A stretch of 64,000 nucleotides of DNA, from NCBI GenBank assembly GCA_951406725.2, contig OX597826.1, positions 9,176,001-9,240,000 on the forward strand. Reading direction: 5' to 3'. Made by a program: the position numbers and the translations under genes. Below the pieces are notes generated by a model. That model was given only the letters and a program-made list of their open reading frames with translations. It ran no database searches and was not told the DNA's origin. This stretch comes from Octopus vulgaris. Lineage: Eukaryota. This document shows, one piece after another, positions 37,200 to 51,244 of this stretch; position 1 is the first letter of the stretch; the number at the start of each line of letters is the position of its first letter.

Positions 37200-37780
37200 G
37201 ACATGTTGAGTATTCTTGAATTTGTTCTTGGGAGAAACTGTTTACCTCTACCCGAGTGTGATTTAGCTCAATATCATTGAGCAGTGACACAATGCTTGTG
37301 TACAGTCAAATGATGTGAATAACATTTCCATTTACAAACCAAAGGAAGAATATATTTTTGCTTTAGTCCAGCAATAGCAGTAAGGGTAAGAGGCCGTACT
37401 GGAAAATTCCTGGATTTAATTGTATCACAAAAGGCCACCTGGTTGGAGGCCCAACCTTCTGAGTTCTTTTACAGGGTTTAGAAAAACTGAAGGGCTACTC
37501 CAATAGGTGTGTAAGTCTAAAAGGGAAATATGTTGAATAAAATCATAATTGATCCTCCTGTATTTTCTTTTGTCCAAAGTCGGGAACTTTACAGCATCTG
37601 CTTGTACTATATCTTGCTCATTGTGGAGAAGATGCTGATCAAGGTCTGATTCAAAAGACTTGTCCAGTCGATATCGTAAAATATTACGCAAGTGTCACAG
37701 TGCTCCATGGGTAGGACCGTGCTACAATTGACATTATATTCTTTACGAAGCAGCATCAGGAGAAATTCAGGATGAATTGT
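37200..37780 (-). mobile_element. Penelope-like GIY-YIG endonuclease C-terminal remnant, split by a MITE
   Basis: SDLDQHLLHNEQ (cf. SAIGQHLLxNxxC) on one side and L...YI.P.VCKWKCYSHHL (cf. LEA.YI....P.LC.QK) on the other. Confidence 0.55.
37387..37606 (-). mobile_element. mariner-derived MITE (same family as 55329-55534)
   Basis: The internal sequence is the reverse complement of the 55329 copy; degenerate TIRs with TA ends. Confidence 0.8.
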
Positions 37781-39099
37781 TTGGTGTGAACTTATTTCAG
37801 ATAATCTGTGAAATATGTCTAACTAATCTTCTTAAATTAGTTTAATTTCTTTTACTTATTTCATGCATGTTGGAGTACCGACCTCAAGAGTTTTTGTCTA
37901 TCATTTCTGTCTGACACTTAATTTTAATGCTACCTTTTTGACCTCCTGAGACATAGCGAGGACACAGCATAAATACAGTACTGGATAGGGACACACGAAT
38001 GTGTACAAGTGTATGTATGGACTTCAGTACAGTTTCCATTTACCAAATTACACTCTCAAGCTATTTGGTCAATCTGAAGCATTAGGAGGCAACATGTACC
38101 TATGGTGCCATGCAGTGGGATTGAACCTAGAAGCCATGTGGTAGCAAAGCAAAGTTTTTAACCACATGACTATGTCTCTGCTTATGTATAATTTCATGCT
38201 TTAGTTAGTTTTGATTTTTATTATAGTTAGTCGGTTGTCAATACTTAAGGTTTTCAGTAGATATCATTGCTATAAATTTGTAATTCTTATCATCTTATGA
38301 ATATAAATTTCTAATATTAACCTTTGGAACCAGCCGTGGTTTTGAGGTTTTTAATGTATTCATGAACTTCTTAGTCTCCAAGTAATTACTGCTTTTAAAT
38401 GCTCTTCTTTTCATGGAAATCCAGTCTGATCAGATTTTACTTTGCCATTTGAATGGTCTTGTAATCTTGGTGTAATTTCTGAAATGAATTTATTCCGAAG
38501 AGTATGTTCTCAATCTTGATAAGTAAATATTTTCATGTCTGCTCTCTCTTAAGATCTTAGTTATAAGATTTATTCAAAATCTCACAGCTATAGTTTGTAT
38601 TTTAGTTTCTCTCAGAATTGTAGCTCATTCTCTATATATATAATCATCATCATCATTTAATGTCTGCTTTTCATACTGGCATGGGTTGGACAGTTTGACA
38701 GGAGCTGGCCAGATAGAAAACTACACCAAGCTACTGTGTCTGTTTTTGCATGGTTTTTATGACTGGATCCCTTTCCTAACATCAACCACTCCACAGAGGT
38801 TCTTTTTGCTGGTGTCTGGCTTAAGACTGTGACCATGTTGGAGCACCAGCCTTAAAAGCTTTATAGTTGGTTATATTGATATCAACCTCACTACTTTCTC
38901 TGGCTCCTACATTATCAATCATGTATGGGGCAAAAGGTAAACCGAGGTGATATTTATCTTTAATGTCCTGGGTTTTTTTGGGGGTTTTTTTTGCATATAG
39001 TCATTCTATATATATATGTATAAACTCACACATACATCCAACAAGTTTTTGTACAGTTTTTATCTCTTGGATTTTTAAGTTTTGATTCACCCAAATACT

Positions 39100-39430
39100 T
39101 AAAGCACATAGCTCGGTGCTTAGAGCACTGGGCTCACAATCATGAGGTAGTGAGTTTGATTCCCTTACCAGGCTGTGTGTTGTGTTTTTGAACAAGACAT
39201 TTTATTTCATGTTGCACCAGTTCACTCAGCTGTAGAAATGAGTTGTGACATCACTAGTTCCAAGCTGTATCGGTCTTTGCTTTTCCTTTGGATATGTGGC
39301 GTGGAGTGGGGAGGCTGGTATGGATGGGCGACTGCTGGTCTTCCATAAACAACCTTACCCAGACTTGTGTCTTGAAGGAGAACTTTCTAGCTGCAATCCC
39401 ATGGTCATTCATGACCAAAGTGTGTGCGTC
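39100..39430 (+). mobile_element. SINE family C variant
   Basis: tRNA-like head and ttgaacaagacattttatttcatgttgc core. Confidence 0.8.
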
Positions 39431-40348
39431 TGTGGGGGTCTTTTCTTTTTTCTGGTTCACCCAAGGCTACAGTAAATCATATTTCTCAAATTTCTGTGCA
39501 GTTGGTTCAAACATACAACCACTGGGACATGTGATAAAATTTTGTAACCCTTAGGCATGCCTGCATATATATTTGTCCATGCATGTGCGTGTAGGTGTGG
39601 CTGTGTGGTTAAGAAGTTTGCTTTCCAAGCACATAAGAGTGGATTTTGGTACATGGAAACTGAAAGAAGCCTCTCTGTGTGTATGTATGTTTGTGTTTAC
39701 TTGTCTTTGTATGATTGTTGTTAATGAATGTCATTCATCTTCAATATTCTGCAAAAACATGTTTGGTCAATGAGGAAATGTTACATTGCTTGGAAACACA
39801 GTTAGGATTGGTGACGTAAAGGTCCTGAAGCCATAGAAAATCTGTCTCAAGATACTGTCTTGCCCATGCAAGCATGGAAATATGGATGTCAAAATGATGA
39901 TTATATATATCACCATCATCACCATACATCTGTTTTCCATGCTGGCATGGGTTGGCCTGTTTGTCAGGAGTTGGCAAGACAGAGAACGACCCTAGGCTCT
40001 ATTGTTTGCTTTGGCATGATTTCAACAGTGATATGCTCTTCCTGACGCCAAACAGTTTACAGAGTGTATTGAGTGCTTTTTATGCATGCGTGTAGGGGGT
40101 GTGTGTATGTATGTAATATTTTGTACTCATGTGTATATAACAATTAGTACTGATGAGTTGAGTAAAGCATTGGCACAGTTTAGGCTACCTGGTGTCATCT
40201 GTGGTTGGGGTATATTTCCTTTGGATCTACTTCAGGAATTCTGCAGTGTTAGTTGAGATGATAATAATAATAATAATATTAATTATTATTATTATTATTA
40301 TATATAATTATTATTATTATTTATTATTCTAATTATTATTATATACAT

Positions 40349-40560
40349 ACTCTTTTACTTGTTTCAGTCATTTGCCTGCGGCTATGCTGGAGCACCACCT
40401 TTAATCGAGCAACACGACCCCGGGACATTTTCTTTTGTAAGCCCAGTACTTATTCTATCGGTCTGTTTTGCCAAACCGCTAAGTAACGGGGACATAAACA
40501 CACCAGCATCGGTTGTAAAGCAATGCTAGGGGGACAAACACAGACACACAAACACACACA

Positions 40561-40604
<44 letters not shown>

Positions 40605-40767
40605 CGACGGGCTTCTTTCAGTTTCCGTCTACCAAATCCACTCACAAGGCTTTGGTCGGCCCGAGGCTATAGTAGAAGACACTTGCCCAAGGTGCCATGC
40701 AGCAGGACTGAACCTGGAACCATGTGGTTGGTAAGCAAGCTACTTACCACACAGCCACTCCTGCGCC
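40349..40767 (-). mobile_element. Young SINE family A in an (ATT)n/(TA)n tract
   Basis: Full reverse complement match, CpG-rich. Confidence 0.93.
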
Positions 40768-40910
40768 TATATATATATTTATTATTATCATTATTATATA
40801 TATGTATATAAGTTCAGCAAAATTTAGATTCAGATGAATATGGTACTTAAGTTAAAGGCACCAGAATTTTGTATGTTATTATCCATATAAATCAAATGAG
40901 GTGATTATTA

Positions 40911-40962
40911 TCAAAATAAGCAACAAGGATATCCAAGGTAGCTACCTTGTTGCTTATTTTGA
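40911..40962. repeat. Perfect 18-bp inverted repeat overlapping a 16-bp palindrome
   Basis: tcaaaataagcaacaagg / ccttgttgcttattttga, with caaggtagctaccttg at 40934-40949. Confidence 0.9.
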
Positions 40963-42624
40963 GTATATATATATGTATATTGTGCTTTGTCCATGTTTCA
41001 GGCTTAGTTTCATATAGCATCTTGGGCAAGTGCCTTCTATGACTTGGGCTGTTAATGGCTTGTAAGTGGAATTAGGAGATGAAAACTGTAGGATATCTGT
41101 TTTGGTGCTCATGTGCATGAATGTCAATTCAGCATATCTTTGTTAAATCTCTTTACGAGCGTAAAAAAAAAGTGGTGGGGGGGTTGATATTTATGTTTCC
41201 ATATAAACAAATGTTCTGTCGTTTACGGACATATGCAGACCAATGGAATGAAAAATACCTTACTTGAGAAACAAGTGAGGTTTGGCAATAGGATGAGTGT
41301 CCTGCTATGGAAAATATGCCTGTTTATGTCATGCTGGCATGGAGAAAGAAACAGGCTTGGAAACAATATATATTTGTACATGTGTTTATGTATCCACGTG
41401 AATTATATTTATATATTTTTATGTGTGTGAATTATATGCATGTATTTTTCTATATGTGTGAATGCATGTATGTGTTTATTTATTTATTTATTTATATATA
41501 TATGTGTGTGTGTTTATATACATTTGTGTGTATGTTTGTGTATATGAGGGAGAGGGTTTGTCTTCAATTAGTTCTCATCAAGCATCATATCATTTATCAA
41601 GCCTAAGAGCAGAATATAATTTATATTTTCTTGTCCCAAATTTTTAGCAGTCAGCCTCTCCATCTCTCTCTCTCCATCTCTCACTCTCCCCATGCTTTCT
41701 CTCTTTTTCTACCCCCTTTCTATTCGTTCTTGTATTATTACCATTTTATTTTATTTTGTGTTTAGCCAACATGCTTCATTGATCCCAATGTTTCTGACAA
41801 AAATATCAATGCTTCGAGGGGGGGGGAGGTGGCAATGGAACTGGTGGTGGTTGTAGGGTGGAAGTAGCGATGATGACGATGGCAGTATTTTATATTTGAC
41901 AAATCTCCTTACCCAATACCAGTAAACAAGTGTTATGAACGAAAAAGGATAGAAAACTACACAATGTTCTGCCAATAGCTGTTATGCAGTCTCCACCCAT
42001 TTCAAGCTTCAAAGCCATATTCAAAAAAAAAAAAAAAAAAAAAAAAGGGAATGCTTTCTCTTTATTAACAGCGAACCCTATTCCCCAAGCCTAAAAATAA
42101 TTTGTTTTGTTTTGTTTCGTTATTTTCTGTTCTGCTATTGACTCCAACAGTATTCTTTCGAAATTTGATGACAGAGCAGGAGCTGTTTACGAAAAATGTA
42201 TGATCCTCCATTTCCTCCTCTTCCCCCTCCTCATCATCATCGTCATCATTGTCATTATCATCATTGTTAGCAGTTGCAACAGTAGTGCTCAAACGCATAA
42301 TGCCACCATTCTGCTATTGCCTCTCAATTTGCTTCCAACTACAATCAACACACATCAAACAAAGTAAATCTCTTCTTGTCTTCTTTGCTTCTAATCTCTT
42401 TATCCCCCCCTCCATCGCCACCATCACCCCCTCACCACACCACCACTACACCTCAACCCCTCCCCCCTCTTCCAGAGCTCTTTATTGACAAGGTCAACTT
42501 AATGTTTCACTTGAAAGTACTAATAAACTTAATAGCTTTTTAAGATCCCAGCAGATAATTCTCTCACTTTCTGAAGTTGTGTGAGTACTTAAGTTATATA
42601 TATATATATATATATATATACACT

Positions 42625-42660
<36 letters not shown>

Positions 42661-43075
42661 TGTGTGCGATGGGGGGAGAGAGAGAGAGACCCAAGTACTC
42701 ACACAGATGCAGGAGTCAAGACAGAATTACACTACCTGCTGGGCTATACGTACATACACACATGCATACACATACATACATACATGCATACATATTTATA
42801 TACATACACATGTATCTCAGCAGGTAAACTCTCATATCTTCCAAAGTTGTGTTAGTACTTAGGGTCCTACTTCCCACCTCTCTCTTGTTTATATATATAT
42901 ATATATTTATTTATGGACACAGGCATGGCTATGGGGCTAAGGAAATCACTTTACTGCATCATAACATTGGGTTCATCCTCACTATACGGCACTTGAGGCA
43001 AGTGTTTTCTGAAACTCAAGATCACATCAGGTGTCTGTGTGTTTGTGTTTTTCCTTGTTTCAGCACTTTGCACTA

Positions 43076-43380
43076 GGTGTGGCTGTGTGGTAAGAAGTTT
43101 ACTCCCTAACCACCTGGTTCTAGGTTCAATCCTACTATGTAGTCCCTTGAACAAGTGTCTTCTACTATAGCCCTGGGACTCACCAAAGCCTTTTGAGTGG
43201 ATTTGGAAGACAGAAACTAAAAAGAAGCTTGTGTGTGTGTGTGTGTGTGTATGTCCCCCACCACTGCTTGACAACCAGTGTTGATTTGTTCACATGCCTG
43301 TAACTTACTGGTTTGGCAAAAGAGACCCATAAAATAAGTACTAAGCTTTAAGAAAGAGACAACTGGGTTTGATCTGTGCC
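43076..43380 (+). mobile_element. SINE family A, 3' truncated
   Basis: Head and body match; an older head fragment precedes it at ~42918. Confidence 0.85.
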
Positions 43381-44132
43381 TTAATTCTTTAGTTTACTGT
43401 TAACTTCCATAGCTAAGTCCATTCCGATGCATCACATTCTTTCTTTCTGCAACCATTCTAAGGCACACATCATTCATATCAATTGTACTCCAATACTTAT
43501 TTCAGGCTGGTATTTATTTCATTGACATCTATGAGGTGGCATCAAAACTTCTTTATATCATGTAAAGATATTGAAAATGATAATTGATTATGCTCTTTAT
43601 TGCAGTTATTGAGTGCACTATTATGAAGGTAAATTTCACTCTCCAACTGATATAACAGTACAGGTTTTTTCCCCCAGCCAACTATGAAATCATCAATGGT
43701 TTGATAGGAGCTGGCAAGCCAGAGGGCTGCACCAAGGTCCACTATTTCTTGTGGCATGTTTTCTTTTTTTTTTACAGCTGGATGTCCTTCCCAATGCCAA
43801 CCATGTTATAGAGTGGAGTTACTGCTTTTTACATGGCACCAACACTGGTGAGGTTGGTTTGGCATAGTTTTTATGGCTGAATACCTTTCTTAACTCCAAC
43901 CACTTTTCAGGGTGGACTGAGTGCAGTCTTACGAGGCACCAACCTAACTTCAGGTGAATCTTAACTGATCAAATGCATTCTAGCTGAGATCATCTCTCAA
44001 TTACATTATTCACTCACGGTAAGATTTAAGGGAAATTTGGCTATTGTTTGTAGCAGATCAATCAACCATTTATAGACTGTATAATTTTCTTTATCATAAT
44101 GATTGTTCAGTGCCCACAATGAGTATTTAGTT

Positions 44133-44279
44133 CAGGCATGGGGAACCCTTTTCAAGAAGTGGGATCAATGAGGCATGGGTCATCATCAGGTGGGTCACAC
44201 TACTCAAAAAAATTTCAAAGTAATTTTTTGTTGGTATGGCATTCAGAAAGTCCTGCAGGCTGCAGTTTACTCATGACTG
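44133..44279. mobile_element. Degenerate hAT-type MITE
   Basis: CAGgcatggggaac ... gtttactcatgaCTG termini; the TSD is decayed. Confidence 0.45.
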
Positions 44280-46664
44280 GTTGAATTTGTTCTCTAGAAT
44301 CCCCCGTGGCTTAGTCTAAGGAGGAAGAGCAGTGACCATTAACAGCAATAACTACATTGAAGTTTCTTCCTCAACATTCCTCATCACTTTCTTAATATAT
44401 ATTTCAATGCAATTTTGCAGTGGTGTATTTCTAAAGCTGTAGATTAGGATTATGTCGGTGAAATTGCAAAAACTTTTCTGAATCAAATATAATAGTGTTT
44501 GTCTATATCTGAAAAGTTTTCTGAATAAAACAAAAGGTTTTAAATGTATCATTCTGTAGCAATGTGCCCCATTCCTCTATTATATTTTGCAACAATCATG
44601 AGGAACATATCTAAAATAATCAAAAAGATACAAACATTTTTTTTTTCTGCATCAGAAGCATAAGGTTGTTTTTTTTAATCACCATTGCCATAATCTGTAC
44701 TTTCAAAAATGTATCTCTCCAAAATTTAATTTAAAAAAATTATGCATTATGAATAAAAGTTTTAAGGAAACAAAATCCAGCTAGGTTGGAGCAGACCACT
44801 AAACTATAGGCCCCTAACACTGATGAGAAGAGTGAAAGAGGAAACTGCAGGTTATAAGATGTTGCAATAGGAAGCGGTATATTGAGATGTTGAATATATC
44901 TTGAGACAGGTGACCATGTCCAAATTCTGGCAACAGACAGGTAATAGTGTTAAACTGGATGACAAACTAAGTCTCCTATCAATTTCTGTCAAAAATGAAA
45001 TAACAGAAAAAAAAAAAGCAAAAATAAAAAAAAAGCTGAAAAATAACATTTTAGTAATTGGGAAGAAATTAACATTTTAGGATCTGGTAAATTGTTCATC
45101 AAGGAATACCAAATATGAGTTGAGAGATATGGCATGCTATCAGAACTATTGGCTGATGTATGCAGCAGAGATGATAATATCGGTTCAGAATATATCATGT
45201 AAATTAATGATTAGTGCCTTGATTTAATAATAGGAGTATCCTTGGTTAGAATTTGACATGAGAATATTTTGGAGAAAAGTTACTGAATCAGATTTGCAAA
45301 TATTAATCTTCACAAATAAAGCAATGAAAAATTACGACACTTAAATAAATACTTATAATATTGTTTTGGAGATGCATTTAACCTAGAAGGTAAAAGCAGA
45401 TACAAATACTTGTGTTTTGTTTATATACACTTGTAAATTTGTGGATGTGTATGTATGAATGCATATGTATTTATATAATAGCTGTGTGTGTGTGTGTGTG
45501 TGTGTGTGTGCATGTTCTGTATATCTTGCATATGTGTGTGCATGCATGTGTTATGTATATCTTGCAGGTATGTGTGTACATGCATTTAAATGCATGTGTA
45601 TTTATATATATATATATTGCCTGTGTGTATGCAGATTTGTATATTTGTAGGTGTATGTATACCTCTGTGTGTGGGTGTATATAGATGCATGTAAATGCTT
45701 ATCTTATGTATGTGTGTATATGGATATGAATGCACGTGTATTTATATGTAAGTATATATATATATATATATATATATATAATCCATTCCATCCTTCACTC
45801 ATTCAAATTTTCATTCTTTGTCTTACAGCACTGCAGAAATACTTCTTGTTCTTACATCCGACCTCATCAACTTGTACACATATTTAAACATGCAGATACT
45901 TACACACACACACACTCCTTCTTACACTCACACACACACACATACACAGATTGTATAGAGCTTTAAATAAATGAAATCTAAAGATAACTGGTGAATCTAT
46001 CAGTCAATAGAGTTGTTCTGTAATTTTAACAAAGACATAAGCAAGTGGGGGGTATGAAGGAAATAAATAACGCACAAGCACAACATATGAATGGCCCCTA
46101 CTTAAACTCCCATGAAACCTTGCAATTGTTAAGATACATCAATGGAGTCCCTTTCTCTCAGATTCCGTTGGCCATCAAACAAACAAACAAACAATACTAT
46201 CAAACACAAACAAGCACATTGATAAACATTAACAAACACACTGAATAAAACTAAATCGTAAACAATGATTTATCAATACTTTTTAAAATATGATTAAGGA
46301 AATAGACATTTTTGCCTGCTCAACTATTCTGAATGCTAAATGAAATAAATAAAATGTAATATTGTGGAATAGAACAGAAGAGAGCAGAATATAGCATCAA
46401 TAGTTGGCATTGAAGCATATTGGAAAAACATTTACTTATTTGTTTATTTTATTTTATTTATTTGATGTTTCGTTTTATGTTTTATTTCTTTTGCTTTCTC
46501 TAATGCAAGATGCGGCTCTATTTTCCGTAAGCAAACACTGTTCAAATATTCCTTTATCTAGTCTATCTACAGACATGTTGTTTGGCTGATGAACAGTGTT
46601 AAGTTGTAGTTTTCGGAAATGAGTTTGGAGTCAGTTGTGATAGTTGATGATGATGGATGAGTTG

Positions 46665-46696
<32 letters not shown>

Positions 46697-47914
46697 AGTG
46701 GTGGTGATGGTGGTAGGGTGTTAGGAAGATGATCACTGGTGTAGAATAAAGATTATTTTGTTTTGTTTTGTCTTTTAAGGATGACCAAACAGCCTTGTTC
46801 TTCTCAGCTAGGCTGGTTATTATCTCCTTTTGGAATAGTTAAACTTGGAATAGCATTTATTGGTAGAGATCTATACACAAGAACAGAAAATGGAGTGCTG
46901 GTCCGTGCTGATGCCATGCTGTGTTGGAAACCGTAGAGGGGGGAAGTGGATTAACAAAGGAAGCAATCTGGTTTAGGGTGGAGTAAACAAAGAGATCTTG
47001 TGATGGTGATTATTATAACAAATGTTGGAGCAAAATAAGAAACCTATTTTGTTTTTCTTTCCTTGTTTTCTTTATTTTTTTTCTTCTTCTTCTTAAGGAT
47101 GATAGCTTTGCTTTTCTGCCTGGCTGCTGGTTGGTTGCTCATCATTATTATCTTCTTCCACAGAATGGTTTAGTTTAGGCTAACTTGCAATATCTATCAT
47201 TCATTAAACAAATGATTTCTTACACATGTTGCATATATATTTACATTCAGCCTTTCATTTACATTACATACTCTTTCTCCCTTGATGTTCTCTGTCATCC
47301 TCTCTCCTTCTTTTCCCCAACCCTTCTTTCTTCTTCAGCTTTAAAAGCAAGGCTGTTATTGGTTCCCTAAGCTATGAGCTGAGCTAATCAATCTCAGAAA
47401 TCATTTATTTCTAAAATAAAACAACCAATGTGTCACAAATTAGTCTTATGTTTCTTTTTGGTTTTTCTATTGTTTTTCTACAAATATAAATTATAATGAT
47501 TCTTAGGTTTGATACTTAGATCTGATTATGTCATATTAAACAGATGAGAAGTATATCTTCCCTTGGATAAAAAGCTAGTCTGTTGTACATTGTGTTTCTC
47601 AACTCCACAACAGAAAGCAACAATGAAGAAGAGAACTTCAATGCAGTCACACAACCTCTCAGATACAGCTGTCAAATCTCCTTCTAATTACACCGAACAA
47701 TCTTGAAAAGGAAAGGACACGCTGTGTAATGTAGTCAGTCCTTGGTTTATAGTGTTCAAGAAAAGCATGGATTGGTCATGACTGGCACACTTTTGATCAT
47801 AAGTTTGCTTGGTGGGAGCTGACCTGGGATTAAACCACAACTCATTTTTATAGTACTGCTATGTATATTGGTGAATTAAACCATCAATCAGCACATACCG
47901 TAATACAAGTTACT

Positions 47915-48170
47915 ATTGAAAGTCTGGCCTGCAAGAGCCTTGTGCTGGTGTCATGTAAAAAGCACTCTTGCCAGTGTCAGGTAAGAGTGCTTGTGTCAGT
48001 GCCATGTTAAAAGCACCCAGCATGCACTGTAAAGTGGTCGGCATTGAGAAGGGCATCTAGCTGTAGAAACCTAGCCAAATCAGACTGGAACCTGTAGTAG
48101 CTCTCCGATTTGCTAGCTTCAGTCAAACTGCCCAACCCATGCCAGCATGGAAAATAGACATAAAACGCCT
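47915..48170 (+). mobile_element. RTE LINE 3' UTR fragment
   Basis: About 3 gtgccatgtaaaagcac-like units plus the conserved end. Confidence 0.8.
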
Positions 48171-48354
48171 GATCTCTGATTGGCTCTGAGAGACTCTGTG
48201 GGCATGAAAATTGTCACCTAAATCTAAAATTAATCTCTTTATAAAACTACCCAAGTAAAGAAATGAGTTCTTTAACTTGAATAATTGAAGTGTTGGTTAA
48301 TTTACTCTCTGTAAGACCCTAATTTATCACTGAATCTAAAAAATTATAGGGACA

Positions 48355-48611
48355 AACCTTTTGGTACTGCCAACTCTTGAAACATCAAGTTTTATTATTC
48401 TAAACTTCCCATTTTAATGAGTTCATATCCAAATTAAAAACTTTCCATTGTAATTTTATGGAAGAACATTTTGTTGTATTCCAAACAACAGTTTAATAAT
48501 AGAAAAATAACCTTAATAAAACCATTCAAATTCTCCAATATTTTCAAAATTAATTGGAAACTCATAGAAATAATTGAAAATTCATGGGAAAATTGGTTAC
48601 AAAGGGGTTAA
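48355..48611. mobile_element. Degenerate piggyBac-type MITE
   Basis: aaccttttggtac ... ggttacaaagggg-TTAA. Confidence 0.5.
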
Positions 48612-49490
48612 ATACTTTACAAGTATTGTATGAACTGTCAAAGAAAATTATCTTGCTTGAATATAACGAAATGCTAAATTGATGACAAGATTTGAAGCTA
48701 TGATCTATATGAAATATGAGTCTAGCTCATCCACTGATGTAAATATTGAATAAAGAGGCATCTAGATGATATCCGGTTCTCAGATATAATGTAGTTCTCA
48801 ATGAAACTCTTATCAATTCTCCACTAAGTAGATAAGTACTGAAATTATTAGAGAGAGAGAGAGAAGATTAGACATTTTATCAAGTACTGATTGGTGACCC
48901 TTTTTGTTGATTGGTTCATGAGTGTTTACATGGTGGACAGGTATTAATGTTCATTAAAACATTATTGCCAGTCTGTGAGTGCGTGTGTGTGTATATAGAG
49001 ATGTTCATGTGTGTATTTATATGTTTGTATTATCGTAAGCTGTATAATCCTATTTAATGTGAGATTATGTCTTTTTATCTACCTTTGATTGCTATTCTAT
49101 TTATTTCTGTTTGTCTGATAACAAACTGATCAGCCACAAATACAAGCAAGTGCTTATCACAAGATGTAATCCTCCCAACATCATTGCCTTTGTTTGTTTT
49201 TTTCCTTTTTTTTTTTCCTGCTCACTGTATTTCAGCTCTATTGTGTACATCCTGATTTAGAATAGGTACAGCACATCCTTGCATGCCAAAAGTAGCAACA
49301 AAAAGGATCAGTTGTAGGAAGAGCATCCAGTTATAAAATACAGCTTCAGAAAATTTGTCCAGCCCATGAAGAGATTTTCTGAGGCCATATTTGGAAAGGC
49401 TGACATAAAATGATAATAGTGATATGGATGGTAGGAATAGGGTATTATTGTCTCTTTTTTTTAACTCTAATTGAATATATTTATGCTTAA

Positions 49491-49706
49491 CCATTTAGCA
49501 TTTAAACTGGCCATATTCAACTCAAATATTTTATTCTGTGTTCAAACCAGCCGGATCTGGCCTCTCACACCTATCTTACAATGTCAATCTAAAAATAAAC
49601 AATCACATCTTCAAAATCTCAAAGCTACAAGGTAATGCATAATTAAATTAAAATAATGTGACTAATTAAGCATTTCATTTGACAGAGTAATCTGAATGCT
49701 AAAAGG
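49491..49706 (-). mobile_element. piggyBac-type MITE with TTAA TSD
   Basis: TTAA-ccatttagcatt ... aatgctaaaagg-TTAA; a reverse-orientation relative of 50229-50607. Confidence 0.85.
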
Positions 49707-49859
49707 TTAAAAGTGTTCCAACCATGACTATCTCAACTTTTTTTTTATTTTTATTTATTGTCCAATGTTTTTCTCCTTTTTATAGTTTGTAAGGTGTGAT
49801 TTGAAAAAGATTTGGCTGCTGTTTCTGGCATTTCAAGTGATAGCATAAAGGAAAGGGAG

Positions 49860-50215
49860 AGTTTGTTTCCTATTCTATGTGTACAAGGGAGTCTAGGAAA
49901 GCAAGGAAGTTCTTATGCAGAAATAAAGTACTGTACTCCTTTATCAATTACAAGGATGCAAAGGAGCCTGGAGAAGCAAAAACAGTTCTGATATGGGGTA
50001 CTACTACTTTGTCAGTTGTATGACTGTTGGGAAACCGAAGCATCAGGGCACTTGATTCCTATACTAGAACTTCCTTGGCTTCTCTTGGCTTCCTGCATCC
50101 ATACAACTGATAAAAGAATATATCATTTCTATATAAAAACTTTTCTCGTTCTAGATTTCTCTTACTCTCATATAACATGTTAAAGATCACTCTTTTAACA
50201 GTTGTATAGAAATAG
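49860..50215. repeat. Degenerate ~70-bp units in direct then inverted orientation (foldback-like)
   Basis: ttatcaattacaaggatgcaaaggagcctggagaagcaaaaacagttct vs the reverse complement of agaacttccttggcttctcttggcttcctgcatccatacaactgataa. Confidence 0.6.
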
Positions 50216-50228
50216 GGAGTTAGGTTAA

Positions 50229-50607
50229 CCCTTTAGCATTCAGAATATTCTGCTGAGCATAATGGTTATTTATCCAAATTGGTTTGACTCTGTTTATAAA
50301 TCTACTTGTGTTTTACTTTTTCATGGTTTTATATTTAAAAAAAAATTGTTAAATTGCAGATGTTAGGTTCATACCTCAAAAAATAGATTTAAGAATTGTC
50401 TCTTTATTATATATTTTAATTTGACTTTAGTTTAATTTTTACTTGCATTAATCATGCATTATCTCCCTGCTTCTAGATTTCAATGATCTGATAGTATATT
50501 TCTAGAATGACATTACCTGGTTGGTGTGAAAGGCTGAATTTAGTCAGTTTGAACATAAAAGATGTAGAATGTTTGGGCCAAATATGGCTGGTTTAAATGC
50601 TAAAGGG
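50229..50607 (+). mobile_element. piggyBac-type MITE with perfect 12-bp TIRs and TTAA TSD
   Basis: TTAA (50225-28)-CCCTTTAGCATT ... AATGCTAAAGGG-TTAA (50608-11). Confidence 0.92.
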
Positions 50608-50839
50608 TTAATCAAGGAAGGTCTCAGTGTTGTCATTCAATATGTTAGACATAGCAGCTAAATCCCTCAAGTCATACTATTCTTTACATTTTGAGTAATG
50701 TAGTCTGAGTTAGACCATATCTGAAAAGATTGGATAGTAATGGTTACAATATGTCTGAACATAGGTCTAGTTGAAGAAGGCTAACTTGAGGCTAAACAAC
50801 TACAGACTACATTTATGGAGACATTAATACAGATCAAGG

Positions 50840-51244
50840 TATCTTTTACTTGTTTCAGTCATTAGACTGCAGCCATGCTGAGGCACCACTTTGAAGAACT
50901 TTTAGTCAAATGCATTGACTCTCACCTCCCGTCAGTACTTACTTTTTTTTAAAACCTGGTGCTTATTCTACCAGTCTCTTTTGCTAAACTGCTAATTTAA
51001 GAGGACATAAACACACCAGCACCGGTTGTCAAGAGGTGTGGAGGCAGGATACAATCACAGACACAAAGACACATACACACACGGTGGACTTCTTTCAGTT
51101 TCCATCTACTAGATCCATTCACAAGGCTTTGGTTGGATCAGGGTCATAGTAGAAGACACTTGCCCAAGATGCCATGCAGTGGGACTGAACCTCGAACCAT
51201 GTAGTTGGGAAGCAAGCTTCTTACCACACACCCACACCTGCACC
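50840..51244 (-). mobile_element. SINE family A
   Basis: Full reverse complement match. Confidence 0.9.

Noticed and set aside
44815-44865. CUGAUGA...GAAA
   Set aside because: The purine-rich spacer cannot form stem II.
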